Part shown: piece by piece, positions 1 through 8,799 of the stretch
Position numbering within the stretch: the first letter of the stretch is position 1
Layout: each line of letters starts with the position of its first letter
Virus record (IMG/VR): IMGVR_UViG_3300032164_000006
Location: 8,057 to 72,056 of that record
Reading direction: 5' to 3' (one strand)
Length of the DNA stretch: 64,000 nucleotides
Source of the DNA: a virus
Notes under the pieces: generated by a model
The model's database searches: none
Told to the model about the DNA's origin: nothing
What the model saw: the letters and a program-made list of their open reading frames with translations, nothing else
Translations under genes and position numbers: made by a program

Positions 1-810
1 AGAGAAGTTTCGTTTGTAGATTTAGCCGCAAACGAGAAGGATTTTCTCGTGGTCAAAAATAAATTAGGTGCAAAAGATATTGGTGTCCTCAAGAAACTTG
101 AGGTTGCAATTCATTCTATCAATTTCTGGAAATATGATTACCCAGATGTCCAATCTGTCAAAGATTTTTTAATCAAACAGGGAATTGATCCAGAGTCTGG
201 AACAATTGTGGATAAGGACTACGAAATAAGGTTCGTCGTAAACGACGCATCTTTGTTCGAAGGTACCTCACTAGCTGCATCAATGTATGTGCCAATGAAC
301 AAGGGTGTAGACTCTCTCATCGGAGTTGTGAAAAGCCTCAGTGGGATGGTTGACGTTGAGAAGAAGGGTGCAAAGCTTTCTTCCAAGTCGCTAGAGAAAA
401 TCAAGGGTGCATTCAATTCTTTAAAATCTTTACTAGAAGAAGTGGAGGACAAGGTAGTGGAAAAAACAGAAGTGAAAAAGTCTGAAGGGGAAGCTGTTGT
501 TGAAACGACAGAAGCCGTAGTTGAGACTGTAGAAGAAAAAGTTGAACCAGTTGTTGAGCCAGTTGTTGAACCAGTTAAGACAGAAGCTACCGAAGCGGCT
601 GTTGAGAAGGATAGCGAAGTCAGCAAAAGACTAGAAATCCTTGAGAAAAAATTCGACGACAAACTCAAAGAAAAAGACGAAGAGATTGCTGTTCTTAAAA
701 GCAAACTAACTGAACTAGAGAACACACCATCTGAGAAGAAGGGTGCGTCTGTAGACGGAACAGTTGAAGTTAAGAAGAGTGTTGGAAACGTGTGGGGTGG
801 TATCCTTTAA
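1..810 (+). CDS. Prohead protease/scaffold protein, C-terminal part (5'-truncated by the window edge)
   Basis: Frame is open from base 1 and reads REVSFVDLAANEKDFLVVK, matching the E(I/V)SxVDxxAN motif of HK97/XkdF-type prohead proteases. An acidic coiled-coil scaffold-like region follows. Lies immediately upstream of the capsid gene. Confidence 0.75.
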   Translation, partial: REVSFVDLAANEKDFLVVKNKLGAKDIGVLKKLEVAIHSINFWKYDYPDVQSVKDFLIKQGIDPESGTIVDKDYEIRFVVNDASLFEGTSLAASMYVPMNKGVDSLIGVVKSLSGMVDVEKKGAKLSSKSLEKIKGAFNSLKSLLEEVEDKVVEKTEVKKSEGEAVVETTEAVVETVEEKVEPVVEPVVEPVKTEATEAAVEKDSEVSKRLEILEKKFDDKLKEKDEEIAVLKSKLTELENTPSEKKGASVDGTVEVKKSVGNVWGGIL

Positions 811-822
811 AACATTGGTATC

Positions 823-850
823 TTCGAAGGGTATTTGTATCCCCTTCGGG
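823..850 (+). promoter_or_regulatory. Intergenic hairpin between scaffold and capsid genes
   Basis: TTCGAAGGG (823-831) pairs with CCCTTCGGG (842-850). There is no strong U-tract, so an mRNA-stability or processing element is more likely than a terminator. Confidence 0.4.
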
Positions 851-886
851 TAATTTAATTTATAGCATTTGGGAGGAGAATTTCAG

Positions 887-2092
887 ATGGGTATGTCAAA
901 CAAAGAGATCATCAGCAAGGCACAGATCACTACAGATGCTATCGCCTCCGCTGGTAAACTCAATCCACAGCAAGCAGATAAGTTCATCGACTATGTTTAC
1001 GACTTAACAGGTCTCAAAAACAAAGTTAGGACAGTTCGGTTCAGACCAGACCAACTGGATATCGACAAGATCAATATTGGTCAACGTGCGGCTGTTGCGA
1101 AATCAGAAGCAACAGATCCACAGGTTCGTCGTGGCGTTACAACTTCTAAGGTGACTTTGTCTCCTTTCGAAATCATGGTTCCTTTTGAAATCTCTGATGA
1201 TTTCATGGAATACAACATCGAAGGCGATGGCATTGAAGATCATGTTATCCGCATGATGGCAACTCAGCTCGGCAACGACATGGAAGAGCTCTACATCGAT
1301 GGTGAGAAGCTTGGTCCAGCTAGATTCCAAGGCGACTTGTTTGCCAACGGATCTTTAGCTCACGCTGTAAAAGATACCTACATGGGTCTTGGCGACGGCT
1401 GGCTGAAAAAGGCACGAGGCGGGAACGTTGTTGACGTAGCAGGTGCAAACATCACTTCTACTGTATTCAGCAACATGATTAACGCGATGCCAGAAAAATA
1501 CAAAAGAAACAAAGCGAACCTTCGTTTCTTCTGTTCAACAAACATCGAACAGAACTACCGTCAAGCAATTGCTTCTCGTATAACTTCTGCTGGTGACAAC
1601 GCTCTTTCTAGCGAAAGCCGCTTGACTCCATTCGGTATCCCGTTAGATCCATTCTCCCTCTGGGCATCTACCCCACGAGTTACTGAGCATGTGACCTTAA
1701 CCGGAACAACTCCAACTTCATTGCTCTTCAAGAACATTGTTGTGGACAGCGAAGTGGTTGTGCTTTCTAGTCTTGGCGGAACACCGACTGCACCATTTGT
1801 TGAAGGTGCACCTGCCGACTATGTTATGGACTACGTCAATGGTACAATATCTAGATCAGCAACATCTGGGATTTCTAGTGGTGCTGTCGTTAAGATTACT
1901 TATCAGTCTGAAGCACAAATCATGCTTACTGAGTACCGAAACCTTATCGCAGGTATCGGCCGTGAGATCCGCATCGAAAAAGATAGAGATATCTTCCGTG
2001 GTGTGAATCAGTATGCTATTACAGCCAAGGTCTGCATGGAAATTGAGAACCTAGAAGCTGTAGTTTGGGCAAAGAACATTGGCCTGAAATAA
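887..2092 (+). CDS. Major capsid protein (HK97 fold, P2-capsid-like family) with an inserted domain
   Basis: RBS GGAGGA (872-877) precedes ATG 887. GKLNPQQADKFIDY...IDKINIGQR and MATQLGNDMEELYIDG are typical of this capsid family. About 400 aa and follows the protease gene. Confidence 0.9.
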   Translation: MGMSNKEIISKAQITTDAIASAGKLNPQQADKFIDYVYDLTGLKNKVRTVRFRPDQLDIDKINIGQRAAVAKSEATDPQVRRGVTTSKVTLSPFEIMVPFEISDDFMEYNIEGDGIEDHVIRMMATQLGNDMEELYIDGEKLGPARFQGDLFANGSLAHAVKDTYMGLGDGWLKKARGGNVVDVAGANITSTVFSNMINAMPEKYKRNKANLRFFCSTNIEQNYRQAIASRITSAGDNALSSESRLTPFGIPLDPFSLWASTPRVTEHVTLTGTTPTSLLFKNIVVDSEVVVLSSLGGTPTAPFVEGAPADYVMDYVNGTISRSATSGISSGAVVKITYQSEAQIMLTEYRNLIAGIGREIRIEKDRDIFRGVNQYAITAKVCMEIENLEAVVWAKNIGLK

Positions 2093-2124
2093 ATTTGGCC
2101 TGAAATAAATTTGGACTGAAATGA
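2079..2124 (+). repeat. 16-bp tandem repeat (TTGGCCTGAAATAAAT x2 plus a partial third copy) over the capsid stop codon
   Basis: Copies start at 2079, 2095 and 2111. Read directly from the sequence. Confidence 0.9.
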
Positions 2125-2149
2125 GATTGTTCACAATTGGGGATAAATA

Positions 2150-2434
2150 ATGAAGCGTTACAATGTAACATTAGATCCTAGCAAGTGTGTTAGCTACACT
2201 CTTCCTGATGGTCGGAAGTTTTTACCGAATAGGACTCGGAGTATGGACGAGAAGGACATAGAGCCTTTCGTTAAGTCTGGGGTTTTCCACGTCGAATTAG
2301 TAGAAGACGACGAAAGAAAAACTCAGGCAAAAAATGCTGGTTTTCGTAGAAAGAAACCAGCCAACACTGAGGTCAACCACGAGGAAAAACAGACTACCAG
2401 TGAGGAGTCGAGAGAAGAAGTAACGGAAGACTAA
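2150..2434 (+). CDS. Hypothetical protein (small, head region)
   Basis: ATG with an upstream GGGGA; fits the operon packing. Confidence 0.7.
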   Translation: MKRYNVTLDPSKCVSYTLPDGRKFLPNRTRSMDEKDIEPFVKSGVFHVELVEDDERKTQAKNAGFRRKKPANTEVNHEEKQTTSEESREEVTED

Positions 2435-2459
2435 CATTTTTCTCGATAAGGAGACACAA

Positions 2460-2648
2460 ATGAGGGTTCAATACTTGGGTTCGTCTCCCGAAGATGTTGA
2501 CGGGTTCCCTTCGAATATCGAAAGGACCTTCACAGGTGCTTTATACCTGAAGCCTGGACGAGTATATCTCCTCTCGGCAGCAGAGTATGCGTACATCAAG
2601 AAAGTGCGTCCAGAACTTAGATTCGTAGAATTTAAATCTGGTCGTTAA
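2460..2648 (+). CDS. Hypothetical protein (62 aa)
   Basis: Strong RBS TAAGGAG before the ATG. Confidence 0.7.
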   Translation: MRVQYLGSSPEDVDGFPSNIERTFTGALYLKPGRVYLLSAAEYAYIKKVRPELRFVEFKSGR

Positions 2649-2719
2649 TTTTGGTCATCGAGTAGCACACATCTGGGGTCTAGGTTCCTTATTTGGTCAT
2701 ACAAAAGGAGCTAAATACC

Positions 2720-3121
2720 TTGATAAAGGTAAACAGAAAAGATGGAAAGACACTATCATTTGATTTATGTAGGGATGAGGAATACTCCGACATCCAAGCA
2801 AAATTGGATGACGTATCTTTCTCAAAAGATGTCACTGGGATAAACTGTCTATTCAATGCCTTCTGGCATGCGATAACAGTTCCGGTGAATTTTCGTAACA
2901 TCAAATATGATGTTGAGAAAGTAAAGTTCTCGAAGGGTGGCGTCGAGAAGATAGTTGGAGAGAAGATAATTTGCCATGCGGACGACGTCCGCTTAACTGT
3001 TCTCGTCTACTACAATACGTGTCCAAAGATTGCGAGAATAGAGCTTAAGAAGATTGGTAAACAAAGATACGTTCCAGTGAGGGGTAAGACCAATGGCACT
3101 AACAGAGAAGAAGACATCTAA
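2720..3121 (+). CDS. Hypothetical protein
   Basis: Start moved from 2693 to the in-frame TTG at 2720, which follows AAGGAG (2705-2710). Confidence 0.65.
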   Translation: MIKVNRKDGKTLSFDLCRDEEYSDIQAKLDDVSFSKDVTGINCLFNAFWHAITVPVNFRNIKYDVEKVKFSKGGVEKIVGEKIICHADDVRLTVLVYYNTCPKIARIELKKIGKQRYVPVRGKTNGTNREEDI

Positions 3122-3395
3122 CTTTGCGAGCTATAGGGGAGCACCCTCTAGTGACACAAACTGGGATAGGGTTTCTTGGGATTTTGATGCACGACACGTT
3201 AAGGTTGTGGTGCTTCCGACGTCAACGGTAAACCCCGAGATGTCTATAGACGGAGCGGACGTTCACGCTAGTTTACAGCGTCCTTCTGCGAGTCAGAACC
3301 CGATGGTTTATGAATTCAACGACATAGGCGTTAGTCGGCTTTCCTTTAGAAAGGTTGGAGCCGTCATTGAAGTCTACGCTTATGGAACGCACTAA
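3093..3395 (+). CDS. Small beta-rich putative virion protein (paralogue family A)
   Basis: Shares an S(I/F/W)(D/N)G motif and a C-terminal strand pattern with 3413-3694 and 5167-5496. Confidence 0.6.
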   Translation: MALTEKKTSNFASYRGAPSSDTNWDRVSWDFDARHVKVVVLPTSTVNPEMSIDGADVHASLQRPSASQNPMVYEFNDIGVSRLSFRKVGAVIEVYAYGTH

Positions 3396-3412
3396 GATAA
3401 GCGAGAACAAGA

Positions 3413-3694
3413 ATGGCAGTTGGCTCAAATAGTTTTTATTCTATTACTGTATCCAACTTGACGTTCGAGCAGATCCCCACAATTGACTTCCCATTTATTT
3501 GTCGCACAATCCTCATAGTTCCTGATACCCTAACAGATGGTATAGAGTATTCGTTTAATGGACGGGAAGTTTGTGGCGTCATCCACTGGGATGACGAAAA
3601 ATTGGTTATATCTGATACAGAGACAGGACGGATATGGTTCAAAACAAACAATCCTAATGGTACAAAGGTAAGGGTTTTCGTGGAGGCTTATTGA
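3413..3694 (+). CDS. Small beta-rich putative virion protein (paralogue family A)
   Basis: IEYSFNG...RIWFK...VRVFVEAY aligns by eye with 3093-3395. Confidence 0.6.
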   Translation: MAVGSNSFYSITVSNLTFEQIPTIDFPFICRTILIVPDTLTDGIEYSFNGREVCGVIHWDDEKLVISDTETGRIWFKTNNPNGTKVRVFVEAY

Positions 3695-4158
3695 TGAATC
3701 TTGACCTGACCAAGAAAACCAAAATTATTCAGGGAACCAGCGGACACACCCTAGCTGTCAACGCCGACCAATCAATCAACGTCAACGCTGTAAATTCTGC
3801 TGGAGTCAACACTCCCATCGACGTGCGTCCACCGACTAGTGTTGCACTGGTTGAGACAGGCTACACCGAGATTGTGAAATATCCACACATAGATCCAGCC
3901 AAGATATTTCAACTTCTACAAATAATGGTTTCTTTTGTTGGGTTTTCATCCCACTTTGTTGTCGAGCACTATGATGGTGTAACGACAAGAGTGCTTAGAG
4001 AATATTGGTTGAATGTCCAAATCCCTTTCTCAGAAAATCTTGGCGTTCCCATCCCAATTGCAGGGTCTACCGGAGGCTATATTAGGGTGATTGCCAAGAT
4101 GAATGGTGTCAACCAAACTGGGAAAGGTTATGCTATTATTAACGGATATCACAACTGA
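3694..4158 (+). CDS. Putative virion protein (paralogue family B)
   Basis: ATG overlaps the previous TGA. The C-terminal INGY motif is shared with 4445-5152. Confidence 0.6.
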   Translation: MNLDLTKKTKIIQGTSGHTLAVNADQSINVNAVNSAGVNTPIDVRPPTSVALVETGYTEIVKYPHIDPAKIFQLLQIMVSFVGFSSHFVVEHYDGVTTRVLREYWLNVQIPFSENLGVPIPIAGSTGGYIRVIAKMNGVNQTGKGYAIINGYHN

Positions 4159-4168
4159 GGATGAAGGT

Positions 4169-4426
4169 ATGGCACTACTAGTCTGGGATGAAAAAACATA
4201 TAAGCTTTACGTCAGATGTAGAACAGATGAGACCTACATTCCGTCAGAAGACGTTACCGAGTTAGTGGCAGAGGCAAATTCCATATCTGACGAGTATGGT
4301 GTTCTTGCTTCCAAACTGACGAAGCTGTTTGATGAGTGCAATAGGTGGAATGCGGAAAACGACAAAATTTTCGCAAAGAACCTAAGGACACAGAACACTA
4401 AAAGTAGATTTGTGAAAAAATCATAA
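4169..4426 (+). CDS. Hypothetical protein
   Basis: In-frame ATG 4169 after GAGGATGAAGG, inside the ORF 4103-4426. Confidence 0.6.
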   Translation: MALLVWDEKTYKLYVRCRTDETYIPSEDVTELVAEANSISDEYGVLASKLTKLFDECNRWNAENDKIFAKNLRTQNTKSRFVKKS

Positions 4427-4444
4427 CATTTTTGGAGGTGTTCT

Positions 4445-5152
4445 ATGCAAAGTTTTTCCACCATAGTCGGCCAATATAACTTAACGCTTCTCGGTCTAGC
4501 CGACAAGCAACACAGCATCCTAGCGTTGGACATAAAGTCGCGGCTCATAATAGACCACACAACCTCCTCGACAAAAATTGGTGACGGGACAGATATTGTG
4601 CGAGTGCTCACGCACGATGCGGCTGCGAGCGTACCAATAGGTGAGACTGGATTTGGTATTCTTGCCGTTAGAAATGACGATGAGGGAACCCTTGTGTCGC
4701 ACGACAAGGATTTCACATTTCTCCAAGTGGACAACCTAGGGAGATTGCGTGTGTCGTCGACGGCTCCTGGAGCACAAGGGGACACGTGTGCTGCCGCGAC
4801 TGGTATCGGTGAAATCCCAGCTGTGGGATTGACTACTTGGGTAGACGTTGTCACTATTCCTGTTCCAGTTGGACAACTATACCAGATGGAGGCTTTTGAT
4901 GCCTCTGCGGATAAGTTATGCCAGTTCCGTGTTATTGAATGGGATAGTTCTCAGCTTCCGGGAGCTGAGGTTGTCAAGTATATCCGGAAAATACTCTTGA
5001 CAGAAAACTTGGGAACTATCCAAATTGTGTTCCCTAGAACTGTTCAGATCACAGGCGGTGCAACAATCTCGTTGAAGGTACAGGCTTTGAGGTTACGAGG
5101 TGGGAGTGTGGATGCGAACGTGTCCGGTGCAGTGAACGGATATTGGACCTAA
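4445..5152 (+). CDS. Putative virion protein (paralogue family B)
   Basis: RBS GGAGGT. Contains TKIGDGTD and LQVDNLGRLRV (fibre-like) and ends in VNGYWT. Confidence 0.7.
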   Translation: MQSFSTIVGQYNLTLLGLADKQHSILALDIKSRLIIDHTTSSTKIGDGTDIVRVLTHDAAASVPIGETGFGILAVRNDDEGTLVSHDKDFTFLQVDNLGRLRVSSTAPGAQGDTCAAATGIGEIPAVGLTTWVDVVTIPVPVGQLYQMEAFDASADKLCQFRVIEWDSSQLPGAEVVKYIRKILLTENLGTIQIVFPRTVQITGGATISLKVQALRLRGGSVDANVSGAVNGYWT

Positions 5153-5166
5153 TATTGAGGGTGTAG

Positions 5167-5496
5167 ATGAAAGAGATTCAAACCGAGATTCAGAACAATC
5201 AGGAACGTACAACCGACCAGTGGGAGTCAGCCATTCCCTCGCTTACACCTATCGAAGTTGCGACAAGCACTGGTCGGGCAATCCAACTCCTCTACATCTA
5301 CAGTCCAACAATTGGCGTGAATAGGAACGCTAGCAGCGTGATCATCTACATTTCTTGGGATGGGGTGAACTACACGACCATCCAAAGGGGGACATCTTTT
5401 TTCTGGACAGGAAAAGGCTATGGACCAAACGGAGATAGGATCAAGTTGAAGGCGAGTGAGGCTGGAGCAAAATTTGAACTAATGATGGTGAGCTAA
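5167..5496 (+). CDS. Small beta-rich putative virion protein (paralogue family A)
   Basis: RBS GAGGGTG; contains YISWDG...RIKLKAS. Confidence 0.6.
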   Translation: MKEIQTEIQNNQERTTDQWESAIPSLTPIEVATSTGRAIQLLYIYSPTIGVNRNASSVIIYISWDGVNYTTIQRGTSFFWTGKGYGPNGDRIKLKASEAGAKFELMMVS

Positions 5497-5498
5497 GT

Positions 5499-6575
5499 AT
5501 GTTAAGTGGACACAGAAGCGATAACGAATTAGTGAAGTTCAGTCCGAGATATGACGACATGAGTTTGTCTCATGGCGGTGTGCTTCGGAACACGCTTATT
5601 GGTGAAACTGCCTTTGTGGCTGTGTATGAATATCTCGGTTCGGGCTATGTCCATGGGTGGAATTTAAACCTAGAAACAAAGGATGGGTGGATAATACAGT
5701 TCATTATTGACGGTGAGAATTTGTTCTTGGGATATGATAGGAACTACCTACAACCCCAATCAATAAACGTCACACCAACGTCTTTTCTAGTGGCAACGTT
5801 CATGACAGTTCAGTTCAATCCAACCAAAGCCAACAACACGCTCTATACAATCACAGTCAACGGAACTCCATACAACTACACTTCGGATGCGAACGCTACA
5901 GATGCCGAGATTGGGAATGGCTTGGCGAACGCAATCAACGCAAATCCAAACGTGGCTGTGATTGCGACAGTTGTTGGTGGACCTGCGAATGATGTTCTAT
6001 TGACGTCAAAATTCCTAGGTGTTGCGTTCACCTATTCCAACTCGACAACCATTGTTGCAACTCCGGGAACAGCCAACGTCCCGATAGAGGTCTATACAGT
6101 CACCATCGCAGGTGTTCCATATACTTTCACCTCGGACGGTACACCGACAGCGGCTGAGGTTGTTACAGGTCTCACGAACCTTATCAACGCAGATCCACTC
6201 TGTCCGGCAATTGCTAGTGGAACCACGGTGCTGAACCTATTTGGGAAAGTGGGTGGAACGTGGACACATTCTGTGTCAGCAAACATGACGACAGCGGATT
6301 TAACCCCGAACCCTTTCCAATATGACTATGATGGTTTATCCATGACGGAAATGGGTAATGATGCTTTATATGACTTAGATGGTTATGTGACAGGACTACC
6401 CGAGGATTACAGTTGTATTGGATTACACCTTGGAGCCAACGGAAAAATACTTTGGGGGTTCGGTGGTACTCCACTCCGGTTCCTTCGTTCTGTCAAGATA
6501 ACGTGTAAAAGACACGTTGCAATGGGAGCGAAAAAGTTCAACGCTGGATTGATTGCAATCACAAAGGAAACATAG
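5499..6575 (+). CDS. Putative virion structural protein with two internal repeats
   Basis: Two copies of YT(I/V)T(V/I)xGxPYx(Y/F)TSDxxxTxAE(I/V)xxGLxNxINAxP; Thr/Ala/Gly-rich composition. Confidence 0.7.
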   Translation: MLSGHRSDNELVKFSPRYDDMSLSHGGVLRNTLIGETAFVAVYEYLGSGYVHGWNLNLETKDGWIIQFIIDGENLFLGYDRNYLQPQSINVTPTSFLVATFMTVQFNPTKANNTLYTITVNGTPYNYTSDANATDAEIGNGLANAINANPNVAVIATVVGGPANDVLLTSKFLGVAFTYSNSTTIVATPGTANVPIEVYTVTIAGVPYTFTSDGTPTAAEVVTGLTNLINADPLCPAIASGTTVLNLFGKVGGTWTHSVSANMTTADLTPNPFQYDYDGLSMTEMGNDALYDLDGYVTGLPEDYSCIGLHLGANGKILWGFGGTPLRFLRSVKITCKRHVAMGAKKFNAGLIAITKET

Positions 6576-7361
6576 ATGAGACTAGATTGGGTCAAATTTA
6601 AAGAGCAAGTCATAGCAAGGAACGGCATTATCCAGTGCGTTGAAACGCTAGACAGCTACAGGTTATCGACATTCGATGGTGGATTGAGTCACTCTTGTTT
6701 GCTTGTAAAAAACCCGACAGATTCAACTGACCTCGATGACTTTGTAAATAATTTCAAAGCAGGGATAAATCAACCAATCAACCCTAGACCTCTGTTCAAT
6801 GACGAAAAGAAACAAATTGTATCCATCTCGATGTCCAGCGAGGATGCACATTATGAACCTCGCTCCCTAGATTTTTACACAGCCAAGGTTGGCAGTCTGT
6901 ACAACAGAAAACCCGATGGGATTGGCATAGATGACGGAACAGACTACGGAGATGGTTGGCTTGAATTTTTTGATGCTAGTGGGAACGTAATAGACCAAAC
7001 AAACCAGCAAGCAATTACTGAAAATTGCACAATCACGAAAATGCAGTTTGAACCAAAGTTTGTCTTCGATATTTTCAGCGGTATTCTGTTCCTAGAAAAG
7101 ACACCCATAGGGCGAGCATACCTTTGGGTGACGGTGGCTCCCGACATACCAGAATCATATGGTGGAAGCGTTCCGTTTATGGCTGGAGGGCTGAACCTGA
7201 AAATGCTCTCCGACTATTCTACAGTCAGGTTCGATGCAAAAACATCTAAGCAGATTAGTTACAACGAAGATTACCACACTGGTAAGATTGAGATGAAAGT
7301 GAAACATGCAGTAGGAGAACAGATTGGTATTCAGATGCTCTATGAATTCTATAGGCACTGA
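6576..7361 (+). CDS. Hypothetical protein (structural cluster)
   Basis: 261-aa ORF directly abutting the previous stop codon. Confidence 0.7.
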   Translation: MRLDWVKFKEQVIARNGIIQCVETLDSYRLSTFDGGLSHSCLLVKNPTDSTDLDDFVNNFKAGINQPINPRPLFNDEKKQIVSISMSSEDAHYEPRSLDFYTAKVGSLYNRKPDGIGIDDGTDYGDGWLEFFDASGNVIDQTNQQAITENCTITKMQFEPKFVFDIFSGILFLEKTPIGRAYLWVTVAPDIPESYGGSVPFMAGGLNLKMLSDYSTVRFDAKTSKQISYNEDYHTGKIEMKVKHAVGEQIGIQMLYEFYRH

Positions 7362-7363
7362 GT

Positions 7364-7879
7364 ATGAAGATATATTTTTCGACGAACGAGAAGTGGTACT
7401 CGAAGCTGATGAGATTTGCAGAAGGATCAGACGTTACACACGTTGGTCTAGGGTTCTTTGACGACCTCCAGCTTGTCATCGACTGCACAATTCCAAAGGG
7501 GTCTTTGTACCACTACAGATATTGGAAGGACAAGTATGAGGTTGTCCACACGCTAGACATTCCGATGAGTCGGGAGGACGAGGAGTTAGCATATAAGTTA
7601 ACTCTGGAGATGTGCCTTCTAGTGGAGTACGACAGAAGTGCGTATATTTTTGGCCTATACTGGTTGGTGCGGAACAAGATAACTGGCGAAAGGTTTCCAA
7701 CTAAGAACGTTGGGAACAGAGGCGACAAGTTGATGTGTAGCGAGGTTTTCATACCAGTGGTTGAAGTTCTTAAGAAGTATGGAATTGACTTGGAGTGTAT
7801 AGATTTTTCGGTGAAATCTCCGAGAATGCTATATGACCGAATTGTTGAAGAAATGAGAGATAGCGAACTGTGGAGATAA
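7364..7879 (+). CDS. Permuted papain-like amidase (YiiX/YebB-like NlpC/P60 family)
   Basis: His-first motif SDVTHVG, then EYD, the catalytic-Cys motif LMCSEV and a terminal SP, in the permuted order. Confidence 0.65.
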   Translation: MKIYFSTNEKWYSKLMRFAEGSDVTHVGLGFFDDLQLVIDCTIPKGSLYHYRYWKDKYEVVHTLDIPMSREDEELAYKLTLEMCLLVEYDRSAYIFGLYWLVRNKITGERFPTKNVGNRGDKLMCSEVFIPVVEVLKKYGIDLECIDFSVKSPRMLYDRIVEEMRDSELWR

Positions 7880-7882
7880 CGT

Positions 7883-8401
7883 ATGAAAGTGGTTAGGATT
7901 TTGAATAAAGAGTACGCAAAGAAATTTGCCAATGGCTTTCATTCCAAATCTGGCTATCTGCTTCCATACATGACCTTCCTAGAAAATGCTACCTTCGCAG
8001 TCAAAAAGTTTGACAACACCCTCCACGGTGGGATGTGCTTTATTGAGGACAAGAGCAAGTTTAGAGTACTCAGGCAGATTCCACCCGACTCAAAGATAAC
8101 ATGGATAAACGAAAATATTATCTGTGAGTTAACTGCATTCTGGGTAGACAACAAAGCTGCATATATCCCAATCCTATCCAAGATTACTTGGTATGTGCTG
8201 TGGAGCAAGAAGAAATATTTTGTCTATTCTTACGCAACAGACTGTCGTAAATTACAGGATTACTACTCTAGAGGCAAACCAGTCCTTCTCTATTCTGGAC
8301 AGATGACGACGGGATCTGAGGAGAACGTCGAGTGCTTGAGCAAGCTAGGGATTGTTAGAATATTTGTGAGTAACATTTTAAAATCAATGAGGTTCTGGTA
8401 A
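7883..8401 (+). CDS. Hypothetical protein, possibly GNAT/acyltransferase-like fold
   Basis: GGMCFI...ICELTAFWV...LQDYY pattern is reminiscent of GNAT strands. Weak evidence. Confidence 0.4.
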   Translation: MKVVRILNKEYAKKFANGFHSKSGYLLPYMTFLENATFAVKKFDNTLHGGMCFIEDKSKFRVLRQIPPDSKITWINENIICELTAFWVDNKAAYIPILSKITWYVLWSKKKYFVYSYATDCRKLQDYYSRGKPVLLYSGQMTTGSEENVECLSKLGIVRIFVSNILKSMRFW

Positions 8402-8799
8402 TGTGGGAAAGCGTACTGAAAATTGAGAAAGCAACATGGTCTACCGCTTATGTAAACTCTCTTCCAGATACTGCCTTTGCGTATATTGAGGCTGATGGAG
8501 AGAAGGACGAAGAGGGGAAAACCAAGCCAAGGTCGCTCAGGCATCTACCACACCACAACGCAAGTGTAAAGTTTGGATCTGAGAAGGAATCTGTTGACCT
8601 TCCCCATCTACGGAACGCAATGGCTAGGCTGGAGCAAACTAACATTTCAGATGAAGCGAAGAGAGAAGCAAAAAATCATTTGGAAATGCACGAAAAACAG
8701 TGGGACGTTGGTGAGGCTGGAAATGCTGATGATGTGGAGATGGGTTGCGGTGGAAAAGACAAGAAGACCAAAAAATCACTATGGGGAGATTTGATATAA
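8401..8799 (+). CDS. Head-morphogenesis-associated protein (LPDxAFA...RHLP...HxRNAxAR domain)
   Basis: WSTAYVNSLPDTAFAYIE...PRSLRHLPHH...PHLRNAMARL resembles a domain commonly fused to phage proteases/scaffolds. Ends in KKSLWGDLI, similar to the scaffold C-terminus. Confidence 0.6.
   Translation: MWESVLKIEKATWSTAYVNSLPDTAFAYIEADGEKDEEGKTKPRSLRHLPHHNASVKFGSEKESVDLPHLRNAMARLEQTNISDEAKREAKNHLEMHEKQWDVGEAGNADDVEMGCGGKDKKTKKSLWGDLI

Noticed and set aside
541-576. 12-bp tandem repeat encoding VEPV x3 in the scaffold
   Set aside because: An ordinary low-complexity linker expansion.
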